Origin: Synechococcales cyanobacterium VAR_4_metabat_354
GTDB taxonomy: Bacteria > Cyanobacteriota > Cyanobacteriia > Cyanobacteriales > Chamaesiphonaceae
NCBI GenBank assembly: GCA_031414775.1
Contig: JANOQI010000004.1
Location: forward strand, 1 to 53,176
DNA length: 53,176 bases
Direction of reading: 5' to 3'
The notes beneath the pieces are model-generated. The model saw only the letters and a program-made list of their open reading frames with translations. It did no database searches and was not told the origin of the DNA. Numbering within the stretch: the first letter of the stretch is position 1; the number at the start of each line of letters is the position of its first letter. The position numbers and the translations under genes were made by a program. Of the stretch, positions 31,635 through 40,975 are shown one piece after another.

Positions 31635-31962
31635 TTTTCCACTGCTCCTTGTCATTATAAGTTACCAAAGGCACTGCTAGATACAAGATTCTTTCTGGTT
31701 CTTCCAGTCTTAGTGCCGTTCGATAATTGATAAATTGTCCCAATGCTGTATGAAACTCAGAAATTTTCGATGCAGTGACAAAATTCTTGATCTCTACAGC
31801 GATTTTCTGAGTGCCCTTCGTTGCTGCGATTAGTTTCTCCCCGCCGAGGTCGATCTGGATATCGACACCGCCACACCGGATGCTCAAGGGATCGTTCGTA
31901 ATTGTCCAACCATCTTTTTCTAAGGCTATCCTAACAATATTGTTAAATAGATCGCGAGCCAT
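31618..31962 (-). pseudogene. xisH: XisH N-terminal part fused to the last ~10 codons of a HigB-like toxin
   Basis: MARDLF...ALEKDGWTITNDPL...IAVEIK.F...FHTALGQFINYR...LYLAVP is XisH. It ends early with DKEQWKNDTYY*, overlapping higA. No xisI is present. Confidence 0.75.
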
Positions 31963-32106
31963 AGATTGGTTTTCACTTTTTGGGTAGTAACTGAGTTTGA
32001 GCTTCAATCACAATCTTAACATTCAACACACTCTGCGGCTCTCGATCGGGGGTTAGACGTTACCATAGAGATCCGAAATTCTCATAGCGTCAGAGGCTCT
32101 AAAATC

Positions 32107-34677
32107 GTGGCAGTTGCAGTAGATAGTCTCATTACTCCTGAAATCCTCAAACCCGCTCGTTATCTCGGTAACGAACTCGGTGCGGTGCATAAACCGTGGG
32201 AGAGTGCGACAGTCCGCTGGGCACTGACATACCCAGAAATCTACGAAGTTGGGGCGAGTAATCTGGGGCATATTATCCTCTATAGTATTATCAATGCCCA
32301 GCCTCGCCAATTGTGCGATCGAGCCTACCTTCCCGCAGCAGATTTAGCCCAGAAGTTACGCGATACTCAGACACCATTATTTGGCGTGGAGTCGCAGCAA
32401 TCCCTCGCCGAATTTGATATCCTCGGTTTTAGTCTCAGCTACGAATTGGGTGCGACGAATATATTAGAGATGTTGAGTCTCGCTGGAATTCCCCTGACGT
32501 GGCGCGAGCGTGAGGCGGGTAATTATCCCCTAATTTTTGCAGGTGGGCAAACGGCAACATCGAATCCCGAACCCTATGCAGATTTCTTTGACTTTATCGC
32601 TCTGGGGGATGGGGAAGAGTTATTGCCAGAAATTGGTTTAGTCGTTGAAGATGGCAAAAATGCGGGGCTGAGTCGGCGCGATTTATTATTAGATCTAGCG
32701 CAAGTTCCAGGCGTATATGTGCCCCAATTTTACGATTCGCACCCCGATGGGAGCGTTAAGCCCAGTCATCCCGACGTACCCGAACGCATTCTCAGACGGG
32801 TAGCTACCCCGATTCCAGCATACTCGATCGGGTTGGTGCCTTATGTGGAAACCGTCCACGATCGACTGGTGTTAGAAATTCGGCGGGGTTGCACGCGGGG
32901 TTGTCGGTTTTGCCAGCCAGGAATGTTGACTCGGCCAGCTCGTGATGTTGAACCGGCGGCGGTGGTGGAGGCGATCGAGAAGGGCATGCGGCAGACCGGC
33001 TACGATGAATTTTCCCTACTTTCCCTCAGCTGCTCGGACTACTTGGCTTTGCCAGCTTTGGGTGTGGAAATCAAAAACCGTCTCAAAGACGAAAATATCA
33101 CGCTCACTTTACCTAGCCAAAGAGTCGATCGCTTTGATGAAAATATTGCCCATATTGTGGGCGGCTTGCGCCAGGGCAGCCTCACTTTTGCCCCAGAAGC
33201 GGGTACTCAACGACTGCGGGACATCATCAATAAAGGCTTGACCAACGAAGAATTACTGCGTGGTATCACCACCGCCTGGGAACAGGGTTGGAACAAAGTC
33301 AAACTCTACTTCATGATTGGTCTGCCGGGCGAAACCGACGCAGATATCATCGGCATTGCCGACACGATCCGCTGGCTCCAACGAGAATGTCGGGGAAAAG
33401 GTCGGAAGGGGATGAATTTCAACCTGACTATTTCTAACTTTACGCCCAAGCCCCATACTCCTTTCCAATGGCATTCGGTTTCCACCAGCGAGTTTGAGCG
33501 CAAGCAAGCTCTGCTGCGCAATGAGCTGCGCCAAGAACGCGGCTTAAAAACCAACTACTCTGATGTTCGGATCTCGGCGATGGAAGATTTTCTGGGTCGG
33601 GGCGATCGATTACTCGCTCCAGTCATTAAACGCGCCTGGGAACTGGGTGCGGGCATGGATTCCTGGTGGGAAAACCTGGACAAAGCTTACGGTGCATGGC
33701 AACAGGCGATCGAAGAAGCAGGTTTGAGTGGCCAATATCGCCAGGTAGAAAGTGGCGGCTGGCCGGGGCGGGAGGATGTTTTAACGGCACCACTGCCTTG
33801 GGATCACCTAGATTCCGGCATCGATAAACAGTGGTTACAAGAGGATCTGCAACGGGCGTTAGCCGAGACCACTGTCCCCGATTGTTCCTTTGAGGGCTGC
33901 TCCCATTGCGGGGTTTGCGGTACCGATTTTGGCCACAATGTGGTGGTACCACCGCCACCGATTCCCGATTTTTTGGGTCATTTCCAGCCAGATACCAACA
34001 AAGTGCAGCGGCTGCGAGTTAGATTTGGCAAGTTAGGCGAAATGAAGCTGGTTAGTCATTTGGATTTGGTGCGGTTATTCGATCGAGCGATTCGGCGAGC
34101 CAGTCTGCCGGTAGCCTTTAGTGGTGGTTTTCATCCCGCCCCCCGGATTATGATTGCCAATGCTCTCTCCCTGGGCTATACCAGCACTGGCGAAATTGTG
34201 GAATTTGAAATGAAAACCTCGGTTACACCCCAGGAATTTCAGCAGCGGCTGGCGGCGGAGTTAAATGATCAAATGCCTGTATATGCGGTAGAAGAAATCC
34301 CCCTGCAATCTCTTGCTGCTACCCAATTAATTAATCGAGCCGAGTATCGGTTGACGGTGAGTACTAATCACGTCAAAATCCTACCCGAACAGTGGCGAGA
34401 ATGGGCGAATCTGCTCCAGCAATCTACCGAAATCTGGCAAACCCAAACTACTAAATCTGGCAAAATTCGGGAAGTGAATTTGCGAGAGCGGCTGCATGAG
34501 TTGGAATTAGTAAAGGTTGTCAGTGAGACAGAGTTGGAGCTGCGCTATGTGGGCAGTTGTGCCAATGATGGTATGTTGTTGCGTCCCGATCAGATGGTGT
34601 TTATGTGGGAACAGGTGTCTGGGATGGAATTACAGATGGCGAATGTTAGGCGATCGAGATTAATTTTGGCTGAGTAA
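32107..34677 (+). CDS. B12-binding radical SAM protein (TIGR03960-type) fused to a radical SAM-linked domain (TIGR03936-type)
   Basis: KPARYLGNE, YPEIYEVG, RGCTRGCRFC, CSFEGCSHCGVC, SHLDL.R.FDRA.RRA.LP..FSGGFHP.P. Confidence 0.9.
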   Translation: MAVAVDSLITPEILKPARYLGNELGAVHKPWESATVRWALTYPEIYEVGASNLGHIILYSIINAQPRQLCDRAYLPAADLAQKLRDTQTPLFGVESQQSLAEFDILGFSLSYELGATNILEMLSLAGIPLTWREREAGNYPLIFAGGQTATSNPEPYADFFDFIALGDGEELLPEIGLVVEDGKNAGLSRRDLLLDLAQVPGVYVPQFYDSHPDGSVKPSHPDVPERILRRVATPIPAYSIGLVPYVETVHDRLVLEIRRGCTRGCRFCQPGMLTRPARDVEPAAVVEAIEKGMRQTGYDEFSLLSLSCSDYLALPALGVEIKNRLKDENITLTLPSQRVDRFDENIAHIVGGLRQGSLTFAPEAGTQRLRDIINKGLTNEELLRGITTAWEQGWNKVKLYFMIGLPGETDADIIGIADTIRWLQRECRGKGRKGMNFNLTISNFTPKPHTPFQWHSVSTSEFERKQALLRNELRQERGLKTNYSDVRISAMEDFLGRGDRLLAPVIKRAWELGAGMDSWWENLDKAYGAWQQAIEEAGLSGQYRQVESGGWPGREDVLTAPLPWDHLDSGIDKQWLQEDLQRALAETTVPDCSFEGCSHCGVCGTDFGHNVVVPPPPIPDFLGHFQPDTNKVQRLRVRFGKLGEMKLVSHLDLVRLFDRAIRRASLPVAFSGGFHPAPRIMIANALSLGYTSTGEIVEFEMKTSVTPQEFQQRLAAELNDQMPVYAVEEIPLQSLAATQLINRAEYRLTVSTNHVKILPEQWREWANLLQQSTEIWQTQTTKSGKIREVNLRERLHELELVKVVSETELELRYVGSCANDGMLLRPDQMVFMWEQVSGMELQMANVRRSRLILAE

Positions 34678-34852
34678 CTCGATCGCCAAGTTCTTCCGGC
34701 ATTGTTGATTGATGGTGTGAACCTTTTCCAGCATCGCCACATCTTGCTGCCGAATGCGAAGAACACACTCAGCTATTTGCTTCAGTGGTCAGATCGATCG
34801 ATAATGGTAGGCTGCTTCACCTTGCGTGATGTGTCCCATTTTTGATGTGGTT

Positions 34853-35944
34853 ATGCTAAGAGCTGGTTTTGTCGGTCTGCCCAACGTTGGTAAATCTACC
34901 TTGTTTAACGCTGTTTTGGGCAACGCCAAAGCCCAAGCCGCCAACTTTCCGTTTTGTACGATCGATCCCAATGTCGGTGTTGTGGCCGTGCCCGATAGCC
35001 GCTTAGCTGAGCTGTGTAAAATTCATAACTCCGAAAAAATCGAACCGGCCCGGGTCGAATTCGTAGATATCGCCGGACTCGTCAAAGGTGCCAGCCAAGG
35101 CGAAGGCTTAGGCAACCAGTTCCTCTCTCATATTCGGGAAGTCGATGCGATCGTCCAAGTCGTGCGCTGCTTTGATAACGACGATATTATCCATGTGGCT
35201 GGGGCGATCAATCCGACCGAAGATATGGAAATTATTAACCTAGAATTGGGGCTAGCCGATTTAGCCCAGGTGGAAAAAAGGATCGATCGAGCAAAAAAAA
35301 CAGCGCGTGGCAATAAAGATGCCCAGATCGAAATTGATGCTTTAGAAAAAGTCATGGTTGTCCTCAATGAAGGTAAACCCGCTAGACAAACTGTGTTAAC
35401 AGCCGAGGAAGCAGAGAGCATCAAGCCGCTGTATCTGCTGACCAATAAGCCGATCATCTACGCCGCCAACGTCTCTGATGAAGATTTAGCCACTGGTAAT
35501 GCTTATGTGGAGCAAGTGCGAGCGGTAGCAGCCTTGGAAAATGCCCAAGTAGTGATCGTGTCCGCGCAAGTGGAGTCAGAACTAATTGAGTTATCGGAAG
35601 ATGACAAGAAAGAATTCTTAGAATCTTTGGGTGTAGCTGAAGGTGGTTTAACCAGTTTGATTCGATCGACTTATGATTTGTTAGGTCTGCGCACTTACTT
35701 CACGATCGGACCCAAGGAAACCCGTGCCTGGACAATTCATGCTGGCATGTCGGCACCTCAAGCCGCAGGGGTAATTCATAGTGATTTTGAGCGTTGTTTT
35801 ATTCGCGCCGAGACGATCGCCTACCAAGATATTATTGACCTGGGTTCGATGAAAGTCGCTAAAGAGAAAGGCTTGGTGCGTAGTGAAGGTAAGGAATACA
35901 TCGTGGCCGAGGGAGATGTCATGCTCTTTTTGACTAGCGCTTAA
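34853..35944 (+). CDS. ychF: Redox-regulated ATPase YchF
   Basis: GLPNVGKSTLFN, ANFPFCTIDPN, DIAGLVKGAS.GEGLGNQFL; C-terminal TGS domain. Confidence 0.97.
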   Translation: MLRAGFVGLPNVGKSTLFNAVLGNAKAQAANFPFCTIDPNVGVVAVPDSRLAELCKIHNSEKIEPARVEFVDIAGLVKGASQGEGLGNQFLSHIREVDAIVQVVRCFDNDDIIHVAGAINPTEDMEIINLELGLADLAQVEKRIDRAKKTARGNKDAQIEIDALEKVMVVLNEGKPARQTVLTAEEAESIKPLYLLTNKPIIYAANVSDEDLATGNAYVEQVRAVAALENAQVVIVSAQVESELIELSEDDKKEFLESLGVAEGGLTSLIRSTYDLLGLRTYFTIGPKETRAWTIHAGMSAPQAAGVIHSDFERCFIRAETIAYQDIIDLGSMKVAKEKGLVRSEGKEYIVAEGDVMLFLTSA

Positions 35945-36051
35945 AGTTATGGCAGGGGGCTAACATGGATTCAGCTCCATTGCCAAATGTCATCATTGCA
36001 GCATCGGGCATTTGGCTAGAAAGCAAAATTATTCTTTTACCCGCTAACAAC

Positions 36052-37359
36052 ATGTCTCATATTGGTATTTTGTGCCCTGGTGCGATCGGTCATTTAAACC
36101 CTATGTGCAATTTAGGAAATGAACTTTTGCAGCGTGGGCATCAAGTTACTTTGTTTGGGGTGCCAGAAATAGCGGCAAAAATTTCTCAATCTAACTTAGA
36201 ATTCTGCACAGTTGGGGCAAGCGATTTCCCTCCCGGTAGCATGGAAAGTATGTATGCTCAATTGGGTCAATTAACTGGATTAGACGGCTTTAAATTCGTC
36301 GCTCAGTTTTTTGAAAAAGAAAACAAGATGCTGTTTCGGGATGCGACTCCAGCTATTCGTGATGCTGGAATTGATCTTTTGATTGTCGATCAATTGACTA
36401 TTGCCGGTGGAACAATTGCTGACTATCTGAAATTACCTTTTGTCACAGTTTGCAATGCCTTGCCTAGTAATATGGAACCAGGGATTCCTCCTTATTTTAC
36501 ACACTGGGGATATAAAAATACCTGGCGGGCGAAGCTCCGCAATCAGGTGGGCAACATTCTGAGAAGTTATCTGACCCGCGACATTTGGAAAATGTTAACT
36601 CAGCAAAGAGAGCAATGGCAATTACCCCCGCATTCTGTGCGAGAAGATTCTTATTCACAACTGGCTCAAATTGCGCAATTGCCCCAAGAACTCGATTTTC
36701 CGCGCGAAAAAATAGCACCCTGGTTTCATTATGTCGGCCTACTAAAAAACCCTGCCGATGTAGAGCCGATATCGGCGCAAGATCAGTCTTTTTCTTTTGA
36801 CCAACTAAACGGTAAGCCCTTAATATATGCATCTTTGGGAACATTGCAAAATCACAATTGGGGAATTTTTCACTCTATTGCTGAGGCTTGCTTGGATATT
36901 GATGCCCAGTTGGTAATTTCTTTGGGGAATCCCAATGCAGACTTGTCAAAGGCTAATTTTCCGGGCAATCCACTGGTCTTAGCTTTCCCACCTCATCAAC
37001 AACTGATTAACCGGGCTGCTTTGGTGATCACTCATGCTGGGAGTACGGCAGTGAGTTGTTTAAGTAGTGGTGTGCCGATGGTGGCTATTCCCATAACTAC
37101 TGATCAACCGGGGATGGCGGCTAGAATTGCGCGGGCAGGTGCTTGTGAAGTAATTCCTGTGGCAAAATTGGATGTACCGAGATTAAAAACGGCTATTAAC
37201 AAGGTCTTTAACAATCACAGCTATCGAGAGAATGCCGAGAAATTGCGTGTGTCGATTCATGAGGCTGGTGGTGTGGATTATGCGGCTAATGTTATTGAAC
37301 AGGTGCTCTGGACTAATGCTCCTGTTTTTAATAATCGTCTGCGGTCGCTGAATAATTGA
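36052..37359 (+). CDS. GT1 (MGT/UDP-glycosyltransferase) family protein
   Basis: GHLNP, RGHQVT, IYASLGTLQ, VITHAG, GVPMVAIP...DQP. Confidence 0.88.
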   Translation: MSHIGILCPGAIGHLNPMCNLGNELLQRGHQVTLFGVPEIAAKISQSNLEFCTVGASDFPPGSMESMYAQLGQLTGLDGFKFVAQFFEKENKMLFRDATPAIRDAGIDLLIVDQLTIAGGTIADYLKLPFVTVCNALPSNMEPGIPPYFTHWGYKNTWRAKLRNQVGNILRSYLTRDIWKMLTQQREQWQLPPHSVREDSYSQLAQIAQLPQELDFPREKIAPWFHYVGLLKNPADVEPISAQDQSFSFDQLNGKPLIYASLGTLQNHNWGIFHSIAEACLDIDAQLVISLGNPNADLSKANFPGNPLVLAFPPHQQLINRAALVITHAGSTAVSCLSSGVPMVAIPITTDQPGMAARIARAGACEVIPVAKLDVPRLKTAINKVFNNHSYRENAEKLRVSIHEAGGVDYAANVIEQVLWTNAPVFNNRLRSLNN

Positions 37360-37387
37360 TGTGTTGGCGATCGAATAAATGCCAGGT

Positions 37388-37413
37388 TACACTTAAGTAA
37401 GGAATTCTTACTT
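37388..37413 (+). promoter_or_regulatory. -10 box and palindromic operator of TA module copy 1
   Basis: TACACT at 37388-37393, then AAGTAAG-GAATT-CTTACTT; the palindrome is identical upstream of copy 2. Confidence 0.7.
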
Positions 37414-37446
37414 TCTGTATTTTACTGTGTGATTAGGGAATTTGCC

Positions 37447-37668
37447 ATGCTTGCTAAATTGACTACGAAAAACCAGCTGACCTTGCCTAAATCTATTACC
37501 AAGGAGATTGGAAATACAGAATATTTCGATGTAACAGTAGCAGCCGGACAAATTATTCTGACTCCTGTCAAAATTCAGCGGGCTGATGCTGTACGGGCAA
37601 AACTTACAGAACTAGACCTGAGCGAACAGGATGTTGCTGATGCTGTCGCTTGGGCGCGTCAACCATGA
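37447..37668 (+). CDS. AbrB/MazE-family antitoxin (copy 1)
   Basis: MLAKLTTKNQLTLPK...GQIILTP; ATGA overlap with the PIN gene. Confidence 0.88.
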   Translation: MLAKLTTKNQLTLPKSITKEIGNTEYFDVTVAAGQIILTPVKIQRADAVRAKLTELDLSEQDVADAVAWARQP

Positions 37669-38099
37669 CCAATGCTCGTTTCGATCAGCTGCGAATTGTG
37701 CTGGATACGAATCTAGTGTTGTCAGCGTTGCTGTTTGGCGGCAGTACCGCAAAATTGCGACTGGCCTGGCAAGAGGAGCAATTTATTCCCTTGGCTGCTA
37801 AGGCAACCATTACGGAACTGATTCGGGTTTTGGCTTATCCAAAGTTCCAGTTAACAACAGCTGAACAAGAGGATTTATTATCCGATTATTTACCATTTTG
37901 TGAAACAGTGCTGATTCCCGACGTATTGCCCGCGATTCCAGACCGTCGAGATCCTCTGGACGTGCCTTTTTTAGTGCTGGCGCTGGTGAGTCGAGCCGAT
38001 TATTTAGTGACGGGAGATAGGGATTTATTATGCCTTGCTAATCAATTTTCCTGTCCTATTGTGCAAGCCCAGCAGTTTTTTGCGATTAACAATTTTTAA
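37665..38099 (+). CDS. PIN-domain toxin (copy 1)
   Basis: VLDTNLVLSAL, EL.RVLAYPKF, RDPLD, YLVTGDRDLL. Confidence 0.88.
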   Translation: MTNARFDQLRIVLDTNLVLSALLFGGSTAKLRLAWQEEQFIPLAAKATITELIRVLAYPKFQLTTAEQEDLLSDYLPFCETVLIPDVLPAIPDRRDPLDVPFLVLALVSRADYLVTGDRDLLCLANQFSCPIVQAQQFFAINNF

Positions 38100-38192
38100 T
38101 TTATTCAGCAATATGTCTCTTATTCTCTTATTTACCTAGAATTAAATTAGTCTATTTCCTAATGTCGCAAGCTATCATTTTAATTAAAATTC

Positions 38193-38309
38193 ATGCAGAA
38201 TGGGATGGTGGATAAGGGGCGGGTTTATGGGGGTGGGATGCACAAATTGGAGCCGAGGGAGTTGGCTAATATTCCGGCGATGGAAATATTAAGGTTGATT
38301 AAAAGCTGA
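38193..38309 (+). pseudogene. C-terminal remnant of an N6-adenine DNA methyltransferase
   Basis: MQNGMVDKGRVYGGGMHKLEPRELANIPAMEILRLIKS*. GRxYGGGxxKxEPxE is a recurrent C-terminal motif of Eco57I/XamI-like methyltransferases. Confidence 0.65.
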
Positions 38310-38351
38310 GACCGTGGGCAATGGCTATCTTGTAGAGCTTGCGATTTGCTA

Positions 38352-39365
38352 CTACAATTCATTCTTGTCTAAACCCATAGCCAAAGCCAGTGGATATGTT
38401 ACGTCAGCCCAGTTGAATTCATGGTGCATTCTTGAGCCAGCATCTTCCGAGTTTTGAAAAACAATTATTTCTACTCCTCTATCTTCTAATTTTTCAAGAT
38501 AAGGAACATAAACGAAATCATCAGCCACCAGAAATACATGCTCTATGTCAATAATTCGATCAACTTGATTTTCTACTTTGACACATACAAAGTCTTGTGT
38601 TTTTAATTTGTATAAGTTGTAGTTAGATCCAACTGTTAATTTTTCGCCTGTCCATAGATCGTACTCTTCTTCTTCACCTATATATACAAAATCTTCCAGT
38701 CTAGAATTATCTAAACCTGAGTAGACTAAATAACAAGTTACTTTTTCTTTACATTCGATAGAAGCATATTTCAAAAACTGCTCTACAATACTATCAATGT
38801 TTGGTTTCTCAAGTATCTTTTCCGGGTATATTTCTTTGTAAATCCTTTGTGTTTGCACAATAGCTTTCTCAAGAAATATTCCATCTATAACTATAGAATG
38901 ATTTATTTTTGTTGATTGTTGGCTTACTGCTTGCTTTAAAAGAATGGTCTCAATTTTGAATACAGCTTCTCTTGTAAATGTTTTTTCTCTGAAATATTCT
39001 CGACATCGAAAATCTTTAGGAATAATTAGCTGAAAATCATTTCCTTTAATTTGCCAGTCATTGATTTCACTCCAAAAAAAGACGTAGAGAAAGTCATTCT
39101 TAGTTTCATCTTCTACTAAATATATAAAAACAACAAAATTCTCTTCTACATATTTAATTGGTATTGTTATATTAGAATTTTTCTTTATAGTTCTACCTTT
39201 GCATTGAACTTTAATAATGGGAGTAATCGTCTCGGAAATACTTTTAATTATCAGTAAATCAGTTCCTTCCTTATCAAAGGATGGTTTAGTGACAAGAAAG
39301 CCATGTTTGATTAAATTGTGCTTAATTAGGCTTTCTGCCTGATCTTCTAATGGTTTATTATCCAT
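38352..39365 (-). CDS. PD-(D/E)xK nuclease (DUF4365-like) fused to an NYN/LabA-like domain
   Basis: N-terminal AE...FDKEGTDLL...IKVQCKGR; C-terminal IVIDG...FLVADDFVYVPYLEKL..RGVEII; very AT-rich. Confidence 0.65.
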   Translation of the reverse strand: MDNKPLEDQAESLIKHNLIKHGFLVTKPSFDKEGTDLLIIKSISETITPIIKVQCKGRTIKKNSNITIPIKYVEENFVVFIYLVEDETKNDFLYVFFWSEINDWQIKGNDFQLIIPKDFRCREYFREKTFTREAVFKIETILLKQAVSQQSTKINHSIVIDGIFLEKAIVQTQRIYKEIYPEKILEKPNIDSIVEQFLKYASIECKEKVTCYLVYSGLDNSRLEDFVYIGEEEEYDLWTGEKLTVGSNYNLYKLKTQDFVCVKVENQVDRIIDIEHVFLVADDFVYVPYLEKLEDRGVEIIVFQNSEDAGSRMHHEFNWADVTYPLALAMGLDKNEL

Positions 39366-39366
39366 T

Positions 39367-40773
39367 TTAACAATTAGCTGCAAGTGCTAGAGGCAAAATA
39401 CTTCTGTCTGGTGCCTTGATATCTGCTACCTTTAAAGTCCGTAAAGCTTCATCATCAATGTGAGACAGTGTAATTAGTCTGTTTGCTTGTTTGGCAACAC
39501 TGCTATCAAAGAGATTTCTTGCAAAGCGACCGTTACCAAATGATTCGTCTTTTGAGTTTAATGCTGACGTGAATATCTGCATTGACTTTGCTGCTGCCTT
39601 TCCGGAAAGAACTAAACCCGCATTTTTTATCATTCCTTCAAATACCAATTGAAGCTCAAGAGGAGAATAATCAGGAAAATCAAGGTGTCTGTTGAACCTA
39701 GATTGAAGTCCTGGATTTGACTCAAGGAAAGCTGCCATCTTTCTTGGATAACCTGCAACTATAACGACAAGATCGTGCCGATGGTCTTCCATTAACTTAA
39801 GAAGAGTATCGATCGCCTCTTTTCCGTAAGAGTCATTTCCTTCTTGACTAAGAGTGTATGCTTCATCAATGAAGAGAACTCCACCAAGAGCAGATTCAAC
39901 TACTTCTTTGACCTTTATAGCAGTTTGTCCGAGATAACCAGCAACTAAACCACTACGATCCGTCTCAATCAAGTGACCTTTTGTAAGTACCTCTAAGCCC
40001 TTGTAAATTTCGGCAACAAGTCTAGCGATCGTAGTCTTTCCAGTTCCGGGGTTTCCGTAAAAAACTAAATGATTTGAGGCTTGTAAAACAGGAAGGCCAC
40101 GCTCTTTCCGTATACCATTGACCTTAAGCAAGTTTACAAGATTTCCGACCTCTAATTTAACAGGAGCAAGACCAACTAAGCCATCTAGTTCTATCAGAGC
40201 GTCTTCTACAGGTCTACCAGCAATTTGTAATGACTCGGGAGGAATAACATCTTCAGAAGATGACGTAGAGCAGTCGCTTTCGTATAAGACATTCTTCAGT
40301 TCCTCTAGAAAATCAGATTCATCTTCTTGAAAAGTCCCATCCGCGTTGGCCATAATAACTGCAAATGCAAGGTATAAATGTCGTAACGCATCCGCCAGAT
40401 CAGTTCCATAGGCATTGTCGTATACTTCGAGAAACCTTAGTGGGCGGGGCTTTAATCTAGCTAGAGAGTCCATACTCTCCCACTGTTCAGCACTTTGGTT
40501 ACCTAATGCTGTGTGCATAATTTCAGGTGAAGTATATGACTTATCTGGAAACAATTGCTCTAAATTAGAGAGAACTTCTGCTTCCGCTATATTAAGACGG
40601 CTATCGGCACCACACATACAAATACCAATAACTAAAAATGAATTGTACAGATCTTCCAATACTTCTGGCTCTGAATCTGATTCTTCTTGAATTGCATGTG
40701 CCACTTCAGACAGAGGCTCTAAAAGTGAGCTGACAATTTCAACGAAGTGGCTAGAAAATTCATTGAACTGCAT
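39367..40773 (-). CDS. TerB-like domain fused to a CbbX/SpoVK-family AAA+ ATPase
   Basis: CGADSRLNIAEAEVL and ANADGTFQEDESDFL (TerB ADG...E motifs); LVGLAPVK, HLVFYGNPGTGKTT, VLFIDEAY, NPGLQSRF, FGNGRFARN. Confidence 0.8.
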   Translation of the reverse strand: MQFNEFSSHFVEIVSSLLEPLSEVAHAIQEESDSEPEVLEDLYNSFLVIGICMCGADSRLNIAEAEVLSNLEQLFPDKSYTSPEIMHTALGNQSAEQWESMDSLARLKPRPLRFLEVYDNAYGTDLADALRHLYLAFAVIMANADGTFQEDESDFLEELKNVLYESDCSTSSSEDVIPPESLQIAGRPVEDALIELDGLVGLAPVKLEVGNLVNLLKVNGIRKERGLPVLQASNHLVFYGNPGTGKTTIARLVAEIYKGLEVLTKGHLIETDRSGLVAGYLGQTAIKVKEVVESALGGVLFIDEAYTLSQEGNDSYGKEAIDTLLKLMEDHRHDLVVIVAGYPRKMAAFLESNPGLQSRFNRHLDFPDYSPLELQLVFEGMIKNAGLVLSGKAAAKSMQIFTSALNSKDESFGNGRFARNLFDSSVAKQANRLITLSHIDDEALRTLKVADIKAPDRSILPLALAANC

Positions 40774-40975
40774 TTATTTTTCCTCTGTTGAGAGCCTAAA
40801 CAACGATTGACACTTTTATTCTTCCCCAATAGTTTATGGCAATCATCATAGCCAACAGGTGAAAACAAAATGTCCTCTCTCAAAAACGCAGTATTAAGCG
40901 CATCATCACTATTCAATCCCAGTGCCAGAGAATTCTCGTTCAAACTTGGCCTCCAAAAACATTGAGAGACCAAGA

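Noticed and set aside
31618..31962. XisH as evidence of an fdxN-type excision element
   Set aside because: No XisF-like recombinase or interrupted host gene; xisH/xisI pairs are widely dispersed in cyanobacteria.
39367..40773. Calling the AAA+ protein a CbbX Rubisco activase or sporulation SpoVK
   Set aside because: No Rubisco genes nearby, it has an N-terminal TerB-like domain, and it is coupled to a nuclease gene; only the ATPase clade is shared.
40719..40973. 84-aa ORF upstream of the TerB-AAA gene as a third system component
   Set aside because: Non-ATG start, no recognisable motif, and an out-of-frame overlap with the ATPase gene.
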